Shown piece after piece: positions 49,699 to 64,000 of a stretch of DNA of 64,000 bases (position 1 is its first letter; every line of letters starts with the position of its first letter). Under the pieces are notes generated by a model. That model was not told the origin of the DNA. It made no database searches and worked only from the letters and a program-made list of their open reading frames with translations. The position numbers were made by a program, and so were the translations under genes. This DNA is from Eukaryota sp. GEM-RC1 (lineage: Eukaryota): positions 2,232,001 through 2,296,000 of the forward strand of contig JAUFOQ010000001.1 of the NCBI GenBank assembly GCA_040285855.1. Direction: 5' to 3'.

Positions 49699-51305
49699 TA
49701 CCACCAAGTTTTTTGTATCTTAAGAGTTATTTCATATGACGGCGACTTCTCTCTGTGAGTAGAGCTGGTTTTTATAAGAAGTAGTTATGGGAAATACACG
49801 TTATACGTTGTGTATTTATGTTGATATAAAGCCCTTATCTCTATTCTCTTGTTTTATTACATCTCCAGTGTTTGTGTTAAATCACCCGAAGTGTAAGTTT
49901 TGTCAAACAATTCTATATCAACACTGTTTCCAGTGATTTCTACTGATTCTCGCCGCATCTTATATTGCACTATCTTCATCACAATTTTTGTGGTGACTAA
50001 ATCTTGATCTCTACATAACAAATATTTTATAATGATTTGTCAAAGATGACATTGTTTGAAGTAAAAGTAGACAGAATGGAGAACATGGACGAAGTGGGTG
50101 ATGAATTGTATTTGGTATGTGTACTGCCCCAAAGTGGACAAAAGAGTGATATCTTCACAACAACACACAACAATGGTGATGCATCAAAATCCATTTTAAA
50201 ATTTAGAAACTGGACGTGAAGCAGCTAACGATCATACCATTCCATAAGTTAGTGATTGTTACTTATGATATCATGACATCAAGGAAACGCTTTTACACAG
50301 TCGTTTTTTTGGAGATCAATAATACCCTATGTAATCATTGACTCTGAAATGGAGCTCTGCTTTGCTAAATAGAAATTAGACCTTTAATGACTTACTTAAT
50401 ATGTATTTCTTCATGTTAAGTCATACTTTGTTTGTAAAAGACTTGGACTGTGTTATTGCTACCAGTAGTGTAGTCTGTAGAATAAATGATCGGAGTAGAA
50501 GACGTTTGACAAAGAGCTGTTGCTCTAAACTTTAAATTTTACCTGTAATTGCTATTACTAAAAGTAACATGAAGTTAGATTACATTATTGAAATTCACTT
50601 TATTAGTCATCAAAGTTCAGATCACGTGATCACCAGTGGAGATACCATCTGTGCCCGATTAATGGTACAAACTATCGGAGACAATTTGTTAGTCTTGAAG
50701 CTGTAACTGACTGTTAACTCACCAAGAAGAAGCTTCCAAAGAATCACACTGAACAACGGTTTGGTGGAGGAAATCCAATTTATTTATCAAAAGAAGTTCC
50801 ACAAATGTATTCGACAAAAGGATGTTGGAATATCTCATCAGACGAATAGGAACAAAGCTGATGATCAGAATTGGTTTGGAAGCGGCGGAGTTCAAGAAAG
50901 AAACAATCCCAATACCTACAAACATCAGAGGATGAATTATATAAAATGAGAACTATGTTAAAGCAAAGGTGTACCATCATCAATGGATGACGTTGGAACT
51001 GAACAGATCGTCCAAGATGTTGAAATGACCTCAATATTTGAAGGAGCTGTATCTTTATACCGCATCATCGCTAATACCGTTCAGAGAAGCACACCAGTTT
51101 CATGTTGTAATGTGAAGTTAGATGGAGGTGTTGCTCAAACTTCTGTTGAAGATGAAACTATCAAATAACTTCGTCCAATGTCTTCATTAGTCACTCCCAA
51201 CATTAACTGGTTCACAGACTGCCCCTCTAACATAAACTCCTCCAATATTTTGAGGTCGGCTAACCCTACTTCCAAAACTATCCGTTTGCAACAATCGCTG
51301 ATAGT

Positions 51306-52535
51306 ATGGATCCATCTTTTTTGCTGCGTCGTCTTTATATGCCATTACTTGACGATGATTCATGTTTCTCTGAACATTCTAGCTCGATTATTTGTCTGGT
51401 ACGACAACTACATTCATTCATCCACAATGTTGGCCATACTAGTCAACGTTTTTTTGAATCTTCTTTTCTTGCCATCAAAATGTTCTTCAAAAGAACCACA
51501 TTTCCGATGGTTTCCGTCGAGCTTCCCTTAGTTACCACCATCAATTCTCTCTTTAAAGCAGAAATTCTGTCTGTCTTCGTATTTGTGAAGCAGTCCTTTG
51601 CAATGGAAAGGTTTTCCGACTATTCTCGGATTATATCAGGACTCAAAGTCCATTTGAGGAGTTCAAATGACTTAAATTTCCTAAATGTATCTTCCTCTTG
51701 TTATCTTCTCCATCTTAAACAACTTGACGTGGATGTTGATCTGTTCAATTTCAGAACATTAGCTGAAGCGTTGAAAAAACATCCTACAATAACTCACTTA
51801 AATCTACAGTATAGTTCTATTGGTTTTGAAGGTGCTGTGGTGTTAGCAGAAGTGCTGAAGATTAATTCTGTAATTACTCAGATTAATCTATGTGATAACT
51901 CTATTGGTAGTGGAGGTGTCATTTCAATATCACATGCTCTGAAAATTAATTCCACAGTTACTTGTCTCAATTTACGGAACAACTTAATTGACCGTAATGG
52001 TGTTGTAGCGCTGTCTGATGTGTTAAAAGTTCATTCTTCAATTACAAATCTCAATCTTGATTCAAACTCTATTGAAACTGAAGGTTTTCTTGCGTTAGCT
52101 AATATGTTGAAGGTCAATTCTTCGATTAATAAGTTGGATTTAAAGCATTGCAGAATTTGTATGGCAGGAGTTAAACTGTTGGCTGATGCTTTAAAAGTCA
52201 ATTTTTCAGTTTCCGAGATGAGTTTAGGATCTAACTACATTGGTGATGCAGGTATTATGACATTGGCTGAAGCTTTCAAACTTCATAGTTTTCTTACTAT
52301 AGTCGATCTTTCTTCAAACTTTATTGGTGATGCAGGTGCAATTGCTTTAGTTGAAGCATTCAAAGTTCATTCTTCGATTACCACGATTAATCTTTGGTCT
52401 AACTATATTGGAGATTTAGGTGCAATTGCTTTAGTAGAACTGCTGAAATGTAACTCAAAAATTCGCCAGATTGATCTTTGTGATAACCGTTTGCAATTTC
52501 GGAAACAAACGACTTGTAGATATGATGTCAGATAA
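51306..52535 (+). CDS. RNI-like leucine-rich repeat protein
   Basis: About nine 28-aa repeats of the form LKVNSSITxLNLxxNxIGxxGAxALAEA. Confidence 0.9.
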   Translation: MDPSFLLRRLYMPLLDDDSCFSEHSSSIICLVRQLHSFIHNVGHTSQRFFESSFLAIKMFFKRTTFPMVSVELPLVTTINSLFKAEILSVFVFVKQSFAMERFSDYSRIISGLKVHLRSSNDLNFLNVSSSCYLLHLKQLDVDVDLFNFRTLAEALKKHPTITHLNLQYSSIGFEGAVVLAEVLKINSVITQINLCDNSIGSGGVISISHALKINSTVTCLNLRNNLIDRNGVVALSDVLKVHSSITNLNLDSNSIETEGFLALANMLKVNSSINKLDLKHCRICMAGVKLLADALKVNFSVSEMSLGSNYIGDAGIMTLAEAFKLHSFLTIVDLSSNFIGDAGAIALVEAFKVHSSITTINLWSNYIGDLGAIALVELLKCNSKIRQIDLCDNRLQFRKQTTCRYDVR

Positions 52536-55500
52536 TCGTATTATCTTTTTGCAATTCAACAGTAATTGTCAATTAACTAATGGGCTATTGTTTTAAACAG
52601 TTTGATTCAATCTAAAGATTCGTCAACTGCTTTGTTAACAATTTACTTCTTCGAGTACTCGATTATTGTTTAGATATTTTGGTTCCAAACCATTTACCAC
52701 CCTCTTAAAACCCTCAATACTGCTTTATTGGACTTACAATTTGTTCCGTCATTAGACATCATAGTGCTGAAGAACCCTCTTTGTAGTTTGTGATCTCATT
52801 TAGCTTAAGCGTTCTTTCATGAAATTGATTATGTGTAAATATATTCAATTTTTAATATGGTTGAAGATGTCGAACAAATAGTCATGATGAACACACAGTA
52901 TATGTTGTAATTCATTCACTACAGTGTATACAGTTGTGACAGTTAATGTTTTCCGGCCAAATCCTTGCCTTTTACGTTAGTTCAATCAAAGTGTGATTTG
53001 CTATCATTTTAGTTAACTCCAAATCTTCTCAACTTGATGTTAAACAAATCATCAATAAACATCGCTGGTGTCTCTTTGAGGACATCGTTACTGTTCAATT
53101 GAAGAAGGCAATATCCGCTTTTCCTAATCTATTGAGTAGAATAAGAGACTTTTTGGAGAAGAACACTTCAGAGCTCCTATATTTTACAGTCTTCCTGCAC
53201 TTCCGTGTAGAGTTAAAGCAAACATTGTTTAAAATGGTGTTGCAGATGATTAATTATTTGACGGTTAGTGTGGAGCTAAACGTGATCATTTCTTGGTACA
53301 ATCAAAGATAATAAGTATGTGACGAGTAGTTCAACCACTGATCCTGCCACTTCTGCTGAAAAAATGCTCGTTCGTCCTCTTCTAAACGCTGAACGTCTTC
53401 TTCTCGTATAGAGACTACGTCTAGTAGTAGGGTTCTCATTTCTTCTCCAAAGAAGGTTGTATTTGTAGAATTGTTTAAAGACATTTTAGATATTTCAGAA
53501 AAGCCAGATATCCTTATCAACTTCAATTTATTTTACTATTATTGTGTAGATGCTATTGAAAGATTCATCTTCCCTCCTTCTACAATCACTGCAAAGCTTT
53601 GTAATCTAGAAAAGTCAGAAGAATTGAAAAATGATTCCAATCCTGAAAACCCTTTCGTATTCTCTGCACTTCTTGCTCCATTGTTGTGCGCTTAACGTGA
53701 GCCAACATTGGTGATAAACACAAGAACAAGTTGTTTACCGTTGATTCTCCAATTTTCAAACTTTATGTCGAATAAATCCAAATCATATCCCAGTTCAGAG
53801 TCTTCCTAATCATATTCGATTATAAGTATGTACAATTATAAGCTTCACACAGTCCGCCTTCGAACATCATAGACAACAATCAATTTAATTCAAAGTGAAC
53901 CAAAGTACAATGATGAAACTACTATTATAAACGATTTAAAACTTCGCGTCGTTTCACTTCTCTTTCTGTGGATTCCAGGGCCAGTGCAATAGCTAAAGTA
54001 TCTGGAACAAAAGAAGAAGTAGAAAAGGGAATTGCTGAGGTTCTTACCAACACTCAGACAATTCTACATGATTTGATCAACAACTTGGTTAGAGAATCTT
54101 CTCAAAAGATTGTTGATCTTGGTACTGGAAATACCTTGAGTTGTGCTCTAACTTTTGACATGAGTTGAGGGAAAAAGGTAATGAAGCTAGTCAAATTAAA
54201 ATACCGGATGCTAAGTATTTTTTGCTAAGAATTTAATGAATGTTTTGCTTTAATTGAATGAAATGCGGGGTTTTTTAATTGACGTTAATGCACATGGGTG
54301 AATGATACACTGTATAATGCTTCCTTGAAATCGAAGGAAATTTCCAAAAATTAACAAATGATTTAAGTATCAGATTTTAATAGTTTACACAGAATTGAAC
54401 AGAAACGTCTTTTCAGTGTTTTACTGTAAAGTGTTATTTTTGAATCTATTTTCATCTGAGAAATAAAGTCTCTTAAAAGACTGATGAAAAAAGACTCTAG
54501 TTTAAGAAAGTTCAAATGAACCAAAATGACAAAAACACAAAGATAAAGATTCTGAGTAGTGAAAATTCCTTCCTCCACTGAATAGAACCATTAATTAAGT
54601 ACACATGATTTCATTAACAATGGAAACAGTGAATGTGGTATTACAAAACAGCTTTGGTCTAGATTAAATCAATATAAAAGGTGTTCTACTGCTTTCATTG
54701 AGAATTATACCATGAAAGTATAACAATCAGTCAATTCAAAAGACTGTAGGTCTAGGTAGTGTGAATGCTGGAAAGTAAGTAACACTGTCATTAGTGATAA
54801 ATAGGGTACTTAATAGAAAATAACTCCTGTTAGACACTCAAATCAAAGTTTTCTTGAGATTGAAGCGTTGGCATAAATCAGTGATGAGTACTAGAGTTTG
54901 ACAAGTAGAGAGTGACAACGGGCAAGTAAAATGATAAGTAGTAGGAGTTGAAGACTGAAGAGTGATGATGTAAGGAAGTGTGTGGGGTATCAGTGTATGC
55001 GGAGAAGAGCTTCTCTACCCTTTGACAGAGCTCACAGGTAGAGATGTACTGTGAATAGATGAAGACACGATACCTACTTTGCAAGAAGAGGGAGATCGTG
55101 GAAAGAGAGAGATGTATGGCTTGTTCAATCAGACTAGACGTTGAATTCATCGCGCGAGACTACGAGCGGCCCGGGAGAACGCTCAGGGAAGAAATAGAGA
55201 CATGAATCATTGTTTTCCTTCAGCTAGAAACTTCTTCTGTGTTCGCTCTAATCAGCGTGTCTGTGCTTTTGTCACTTGTACACAAGTTCTTCTGCAACAA
55301 TTCACCGATCTCAATGTAGCACCGAACTAGTAGTACCTCACGGATATAATTTGAGATGAAGTTTGAAGCCGTTGTACCTGAATATTTACATGTGATCATC
55401 ATCATGTTGAACGTTTGTCTTAGACTTACTCTGGTTATACTTCAATCCCTTTTGGTCCAGTTCATTACGTCTACTTCTCTAGGATAACCTCTTTAAAAGT

Positions 55501-56400
55501 GTCAAATTGGAACTTCAACAGGTAAATATTTGATTGTGGTTTTAGTTGATCTCTTGATCCCTACTCAAAGAGGATTCTTCTGTACACTTTTATTGTTTTT
55601 CTCTTTTATCTGCTTTTGGGTTTTTAGGATAAATTCTTCTTATTCTATGCTTCCAATAAACCATGTTAAATCTCTTAAGGCATCAGATCTGAGCTGATTA
55701 GTTTCATTTGTTATCAATATTACCCATCCCTCAACATTTCCTCAGATTCATATTTAGTCATTCATTAGGTGAATCCCATTAGATTGTTGTCAATTTTCCT
55801 TTAGTACTATTTTCAACAAATTAAATTGAATTTTGTTTATTGTACTAGTAATTGTTTCAATGTTCTCCATTTTTTTCTCGTCTTGTGTGTTCCTAAGAAA
55901 TTGAAAACAATAACATAGACGAAAATCAACATTGAAAACACTGCGAAACTACCCTATTGGAGGGTTATTACGATTGTTTGAATCAGGAGCACATCTAGCT
56001 TCAATAACATCATCCACATCAACTATGACGACTACATTTTTTCTGTAGAACATTTTTGAACATTGATCAAAAACTTTGAAAGTGAAGGCGGCCGTTTGTA
56101 ATGCAAGCAAATTGAAAAACTGTCATTTGTTTCAGGATGTCATAACTTCGTTATGGAAATCAAGAACACAGTCAAGGAAATAGATCACTAGGCTGACCAG
56201 ATAAAAGCAACACTAAACGAAGCATGTTTATTTAACATCATGTAATCGGTTAAAGAAAGAAGTCTCTTAGGACACAAAGAGAAAAGTCACATTGAGTACT
56301 GAACAAATTGTAAAGCGGTTCAAGACGTGTATAACATTTGGTATCTTGAAGTAATAGTGGTATGTGTTTCTTTGTTTAAATGTTGTTTTGTATCTCAAAT

Positions 56401-57310
56401 TTATTTTAAGTGCAATGGATTAAACAACGAAAATTTGATATCATTAACACAACACTCGTCGCTATCAAATCTCACGACAGCTTTGTCCTCATAACAGGAA
56501 CTCACTGCTGATAAAGCTTTGAAGACGATTAGGGGAGTTGTTTTAAAAACAATTAAAATGATCTGATTCAACCATAACCAATAATCAAAACGTTTGTTCA
56601 TCCTATTTTTTACGATTTTTCTGATATCGTTCAAAAACTTCAATGACTTTTTCCTAAACGGCCATAGATTGGAAACATCAAAAGGGCATAATTCGTATTC
56701 AACCTGTTTTACACGTTTTAGAGCCAACAATGGGTTTTTGTTTTTATCTTGTTTGGCTTGTTCAGAAACGTCTAAGAAGAAGTTTCAGAGTAATCATTCT
56801 TTAAACATGTCTTTTTACAAACATCCACTGACACTACATCAACAACAAACAATTTGTCTGAAGAAGAAGGGACAATTACATTTGCTCTCCGTTTAGCAAA
56901 AAATAGGTTCTGTTTTTCGACACTGCAATTATTACTTGGTTCTAAAGATCTTAGAAGTGGTTCAAATTATGACTCAATTTTGTAACACTTACACCTATCA
57001 TGTATTTGATCTCTTACAGCATCATGCATACACGTTCGATTATTTATGTAGCGATTACAACTTAACACATGAAAAAACGTTAATTGTTTTCCACAGCTAC
57101 ATTGAGGAGCATTTGGCAAATTATATATCCATAAATAACAACGAAGTCTCATTGTGGTGGTCCATTGCTGATCAGTGAAGAATAAACCATATACTTGTGG
57201 AATTTGATTAATTAATGTCACATCAGAACTGTCCTTTAAATCAATTATAAAATTAGCGAAAGCTGGATTTCTTTTCTTAGCCGAGCTAAGACGCTCAACT
57301 TCGAAATTAT
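56401..57310 (-). mobile_element. Decayed 3' part of an RLE-type (CRE-like) non-LTR retrotransposon
   Basis: MRLRC...CSCGKQLTFFHVLSC...HDAVRD CCHC segment, followed by an ELCPF...SLKFL C-terminal segment. Confidence 0.7.
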
Positions 57311-57957
57311 TTTAATAAATGATGTTGTAGCTTCTTTAAAGCAAATTTTTGAAGACAAAATGTTCTTCAAAATAGATTTCTAAATTTCTGTACTTGTTCT
57401 TCTTGACTCAGCCCCTTGATTTTATCAGGTCTGTTTCTCATCGATAATTGAAATAAAACAGAACGAAATTCATTCATTCACATGCTTTCATCAGAGTATT
57501 AACGTTAGGCCTCGCCAGCATTTATTTGACAGGAACGCCGTAACACTATATATGCTTCCAATGAATAGGAAAATCTCATTTCTTCAGCATCTCACTGACA
57601 AGAAACATGATCAATTTATCGTTGTCTTTGAACTCAAAATTTGGATGTTTTGTTTAACCTAAAGTCTTGCTTTAAATCAATGAGTGATTCTAATGGATGT
57701 GTACAATTGTATCCTTTTGACAATATTTCAGAAAGTTTCACCTGAATTATCTAACTTCTATCAATGAAATGGCGGTTACTTACGACGTGGGAAATAGTAA
57801 CAAAGCTTTAAATGGTGTAGTCATTGGGAATTGTCAACACTTTATGAGGGACCTAACAGAACTAATTGGACTGAGTTGTACACTAATATGGATAGAACTG
57901 ATTCTTAATGTTCCTTCTCCTTCAGATTGCACCAGTTACGGTGAATTTCGTTTCTAA

Positions 57958-60081
<2,124 letters not shown>

Positions 60082-60249
60082 ATTTGTACACATTTAGATT
60101 CATTTATTTATTTTTCCAATACATACTTCAATGATTCGATTGATTCAGAATAAAATGGAATAATCGCCAAACAGAACAAAAATATTATTTTGAATCATTC
60201 AATTAAGAATTTAATTGTTTGCTTGCTCACTCTGAATAGCGTTGTAATT

Positions 60250-60366
60250 TGAGTCAAGTGAAACTCATGAGGTTCGAGTTGAGTCAGTCTGACTCGACAT
60301 ATGGGACTTACAAGTCGAGTCAAGTCATCAGTTACACACTCGAGTTGACTCGACCCATGAGTCGAT
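60250..60366. repeat. GAGTC/GACTC motif cluster, probably a DNA-transposon subterminal remnant
   Basis: Many GAGTCA/GACTCGA motifs in both orientations. Confidence 0.4.
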
Positions 60367-61139
60367 TATTAGAAATACAAGTTCAATTGCATTCTAGAAT
60401 CTAGATCATTAAAATCAAGTAAATCGATAATTTAACAAAAATATGTTGGCTTAAATGTATCATGTGCAATATCTGTTCACAGATTGAATATGGCAACGAT
60501 GAAAACATGGGGAAAACAAGATTAGCAATGAATAAATTACAGAACAAAATTCTCAACAAAAGACTCCTACACAAAACCTACTGCTAGACAATAATCAGTT
60601 GATGATGTAAACTGAACAAATGAATCTACTGAACTTCGGAAGACACCATTCTCAAAGCAAGAGTTTTAACAAATGAAGAAAACAAAAGCTAAAGTGCTGA
60701 AGTGAGTTTGTATTAGTACTCCTTTCAAACTTGTGATTGTTGTGATTGTTGTGATTGTTGTGATCACGCTCTGTGAATGTGATGTGTGATCACAATTCAC
60801 AAAACGGGGAAATATTCGTGTAAAGTACAACTATGCTCTTATTACGACCATACATATACAACTACCACAATTGTGGCCTATAGTAACAATCAATCAACAC
60901 GTAATTGTCTTGTTGAACAAGACAATATATCGTGTTGAATTAGGTTCGGTTGTTTTCCCTGCAAAAGATGACACCAGAGAAGTTGTCCAAAAAATACAGG
61001 TTCCTGTTTTCAGCTTCAAGTTCTAAGTGCTAAATTTGTTAGGATGTACTTAATGTAACAGACCAGGGCTGGACCAATTCCATTGCTAATCCAATTATTC
61101 GTATACATCCGTAACATTTAAAGATACTAAAAATTATGT

Positions 61140-61400
61140 ATATCCCCTTGATTTTTTAGAGCAATACCAGAGAAACAAATACGATGAACCATTGACTGCT
61201 CTCAAACATACGAGACATGTTGAATACAAATTATGTCCTTTTGCGATTTCAATACATGGTCGATTTGGCAAAGGTGATCTTTCTTTTCTATCTGATTTTA
61301 AAAACGTTGTCAAAAAAGAATGAACAAGTCATTTGATATCAAGTTTTGGGTGAATTGAATTTTCTTTACAATATTCAACAATTTTTTGAAAGATGTGATG
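61140..61400 (+). mobile_element. 3' fragment of an RLE-type non-LTR element related to 56401-57310
   Basis: VEYKLCPFAISIHGRFGKGDLSFLSDFKNVVK matches VEYELCPFDVS...SLKFLNDIRKIVK. Confidence 0.65.
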
Positions 61401-61896
61401 TCGACCAAAACGATCAATTAATTCTGTTTGTAATAGTAAATAAAGTGTCTTATTCTGTGAACCTGTCGAGATCAAAATGGAAGAGTCATTCTTCCAAAAC
61501 TGGCAGAAATATTTGTAATTTGTGATCTGTGAAAGTAATTTATGTCGTGATCAGTGCCATACATGCAATAACAATTCCTTTCAGTTGATATAACTTGCAT
61601 ATCGACACTTGTTTTTCTGCAAAACAAGGTGGGACTGCTGAAATCACAGAAGTCACATCAACAAACCATATTTCTAATTGGCAGGATTTCCTTCAAATTA
61701 ATCTTGATGATTATCGTTGTATCAAAATGTAGCGATGGAGAGTGAGTTATACAACGAGAATTCTTGAACTCTATGAACTCAATGTTCTGCTCAGGAGATT
61801 CAAATTCATAATTGGCTTCTAGTTAGGTCCATGGTTTTTAGACATGATGTTCTGGGAAGAGTTTGGTTTAAACTAAAATTTAAAATCCCACACACA

Positions 61897-63538
61897 ATGG
61901 ATTGTATTGTATGCCTTGAGAAGTTCTTTGCAAACACAAAGATTCCCTTCATAATCTGTGAAGACGGACATACAGTATGTTCTCAATGCTACTCTAAGTT
62001 GAATAAATGTCCGACGTGTCGCCAAAACGTACTCAACAACCCTAAGGTCAACTATGGCCTACTTGCTCTCCTTGAAGTCATTGAACGAGGAGACTTATTC
62101 AACGAGATCGATAGTTCTGAAATTCAGTCATTGGATGATGCTAATGAGGCTTCTATCATTCCCGGTCTCTGGAACGGGTTAGAAATCGACCTTCAGTGGT
62201 TCCCATATTCTGATAAGATCGTCAACCAGCTTAAGAAGCAACATCAGTTGTTTTCCAATCATCGCAATCCTGGTTTTCTCCACCTTTTTGGAATAACGTT
62301 CCGTGACGATTATGTTGGTACCGTATCTGAGCGTGTATCCTCTGATCTTTCCCTACCAACTCAACTTTCTCATCAATCTTTGGGTCTAGCAAGAAACGCT
62401 TGTGAAATCGTCCAATTCTTCCACTCTCAAGACATCAATCTCAAACACTTGAACCCCTCTGTGTTTCGAATCTGTGATAATCGTCTAAAGCTCTCATCTG
62501 CTGTTTTTGTGTCTTCCCACTTTCCTTCTACCAATGATTCTTTCCAAAAATACTGTGCACCTGAGCTCTCTAACGATGACACATCCGTTGCTGCCGATAT
62601 TTACTCTCTCGGAGTCCTTCTCTATGAAATGCTTTCATCTCGATCCTTCCCCTCCTCTGACATCGTTCTTATTTTCCCCTCCACATTTCCAAATGATTTA
62701 CAAATGGTTATACAATCTTGTATTGATCCTGTCCCTTCCAAGCGACCGTTAATCTCCAAAGTCATTAGCGTTATTAGTTCTGCTTACAATAATCACGTGA
62801 CCAAGGATCCTGCCAGTTTCCCCTACCAAGTTGCTGATCTACAACGACAACTTCACACATCTGAACGCGAATCTAAACTTCTCCAACGCAACAATTCCAT
62901 ACTTGAACAGAAAATCGAATCATTAGTCCAACGGAATTCTAATCTTTCTAACGAGCTTAAATCAACCTTTTCAAAGTTAGAGTCTGTTGAAAGTGAATTA
63001 AGTAACCTAAACAACTTAGTTAAAAATCCAGGAACACCTGTCCATCCTAGACTTAAATCTCTTGTCCAAGCGTCTTCTTTTGGTCCATGTTTGATGGCAA
63101 TGGGACCAATAATTTCCATTGATTCGGAAGTTTCCTCTTTGGAGACGGTTGAGTGGTCGTGATTTTGAGTACACTGATGTTCCGTGTGGAATTCCTGATA
63201 TACTTATGATTGTTCGAACTGAGAATAACACGTTATTTGGGGGCTACTTTCCTAAAGGATTCAATCGAATGAATTCCACGTCATCAGTCACTTTCCTATT
63301 TCATCTAGCTCCCCTTCGACCCAAGGTTTTCCCTGTTAAAGTTGCTGGAACCACTGGTGGATTCTCAGTTGGAAGGTATATCTCACCTCCCTATAGAGAT
63401 TTAATTCTTGCAAGTGGTGGGTTTGGAAAGGAGAATCTTGGGGTGGTGTACAGAGGAAGTCCTGGAGAATTGGTTCCTGAGATTGATTTTGTAATTGAAA
63501 CCGTTGAAGTTTACCAGTGTAAGCTATCTATGAAGTAG
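61897..63538 (+). CDS. RING finger - pseudokinase - coiled coil - TLDc-like protein, copy 2 (frameshift at ~63126)
   Basis: Near-identical to 46449-48100, including ~400 bp of upstream sequence; RING and kinase are in one frame here. Confidence 0.85.
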
Positions 63539-64000
63539 AAGTTAATTTGATGTAAAGGTATTTTTCTTGTAAGTTGATGTTCTTTGTAGTATTATTTCGT
63601 TATGAAACGATAATACAGTTCCAATAATATCCATCTAGAAACAATATTTATCTGCACCATTCTTCTCAATCTATTTAATGGGAAAGTATCCTCCTTTTGA
63701 TCCTACAGTCGGTGGTATGTACAGAGTTTATTGATTCTGATTCCCCTTAACATTTCTATAAACGATTGATGAACACTTTCAGTTAAGTTGTAAAAATCAA
63801 AACGCAATAAAAGATTAGGCATAGTAATGTAAATATATTCACAATTCTTCAATGGTATTGAGCGAACGATGTACCAGTTGCTTCACTTTAATCAGCCAAA
63901 ATGTTCATGATGTGTAGATCTTCCCCTATAGTTGAAAACTATATCAAAGTAAGCGAATTCGTTCAAGCTGCAATCTCTTTTTAAGATCAAAAAGAAGCCG

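Overview
Eukaryotic, AT-rich window that appears intron-poor (probably a protist) and is dominated by transposons. It holds four related Ty3/gypsy LTR retrotransposons with very short LTRs of about 70-130 bp. One is essentially intact (8056-14844, identical 91-bp LTRs, AAAG TSD, chromodomain-like integrase tail). One is complete but decayed (31094-37329, ATCC TSD), and two are truncated (2914-5846, 48640-49049). Other mobile DNA includes MULE, hAT and pogo remnants, three MITEs and RLE-type non-LTR fragments. Host genes are a 9-unit polyubiquitin, an RNI-like LRR gene, a multi-pass membrane protein and two RING-pseudokinase-TLDc paralogs. Two more genes are visible only after removing a retrotransposon: a bacterial-type SAM methyltransferase and a secreted Cys-rich saposin-like protein. 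The main finding is that none of the four LTR elements has a tRNA primer-binding site. Each instead has a perfect 12-bp palindrome in the same register across the 5'LTR/leader junction, with compensatory substitutions between elements (CAATAATTATTG, TAATAATTATTA, CAGTAATTACTG). This suggests a tRNA-independent priming or dimerisation signal. Many single-base frameshifts sit in homopolymers and may be consensus errors, so pseudogene calls are tentative.
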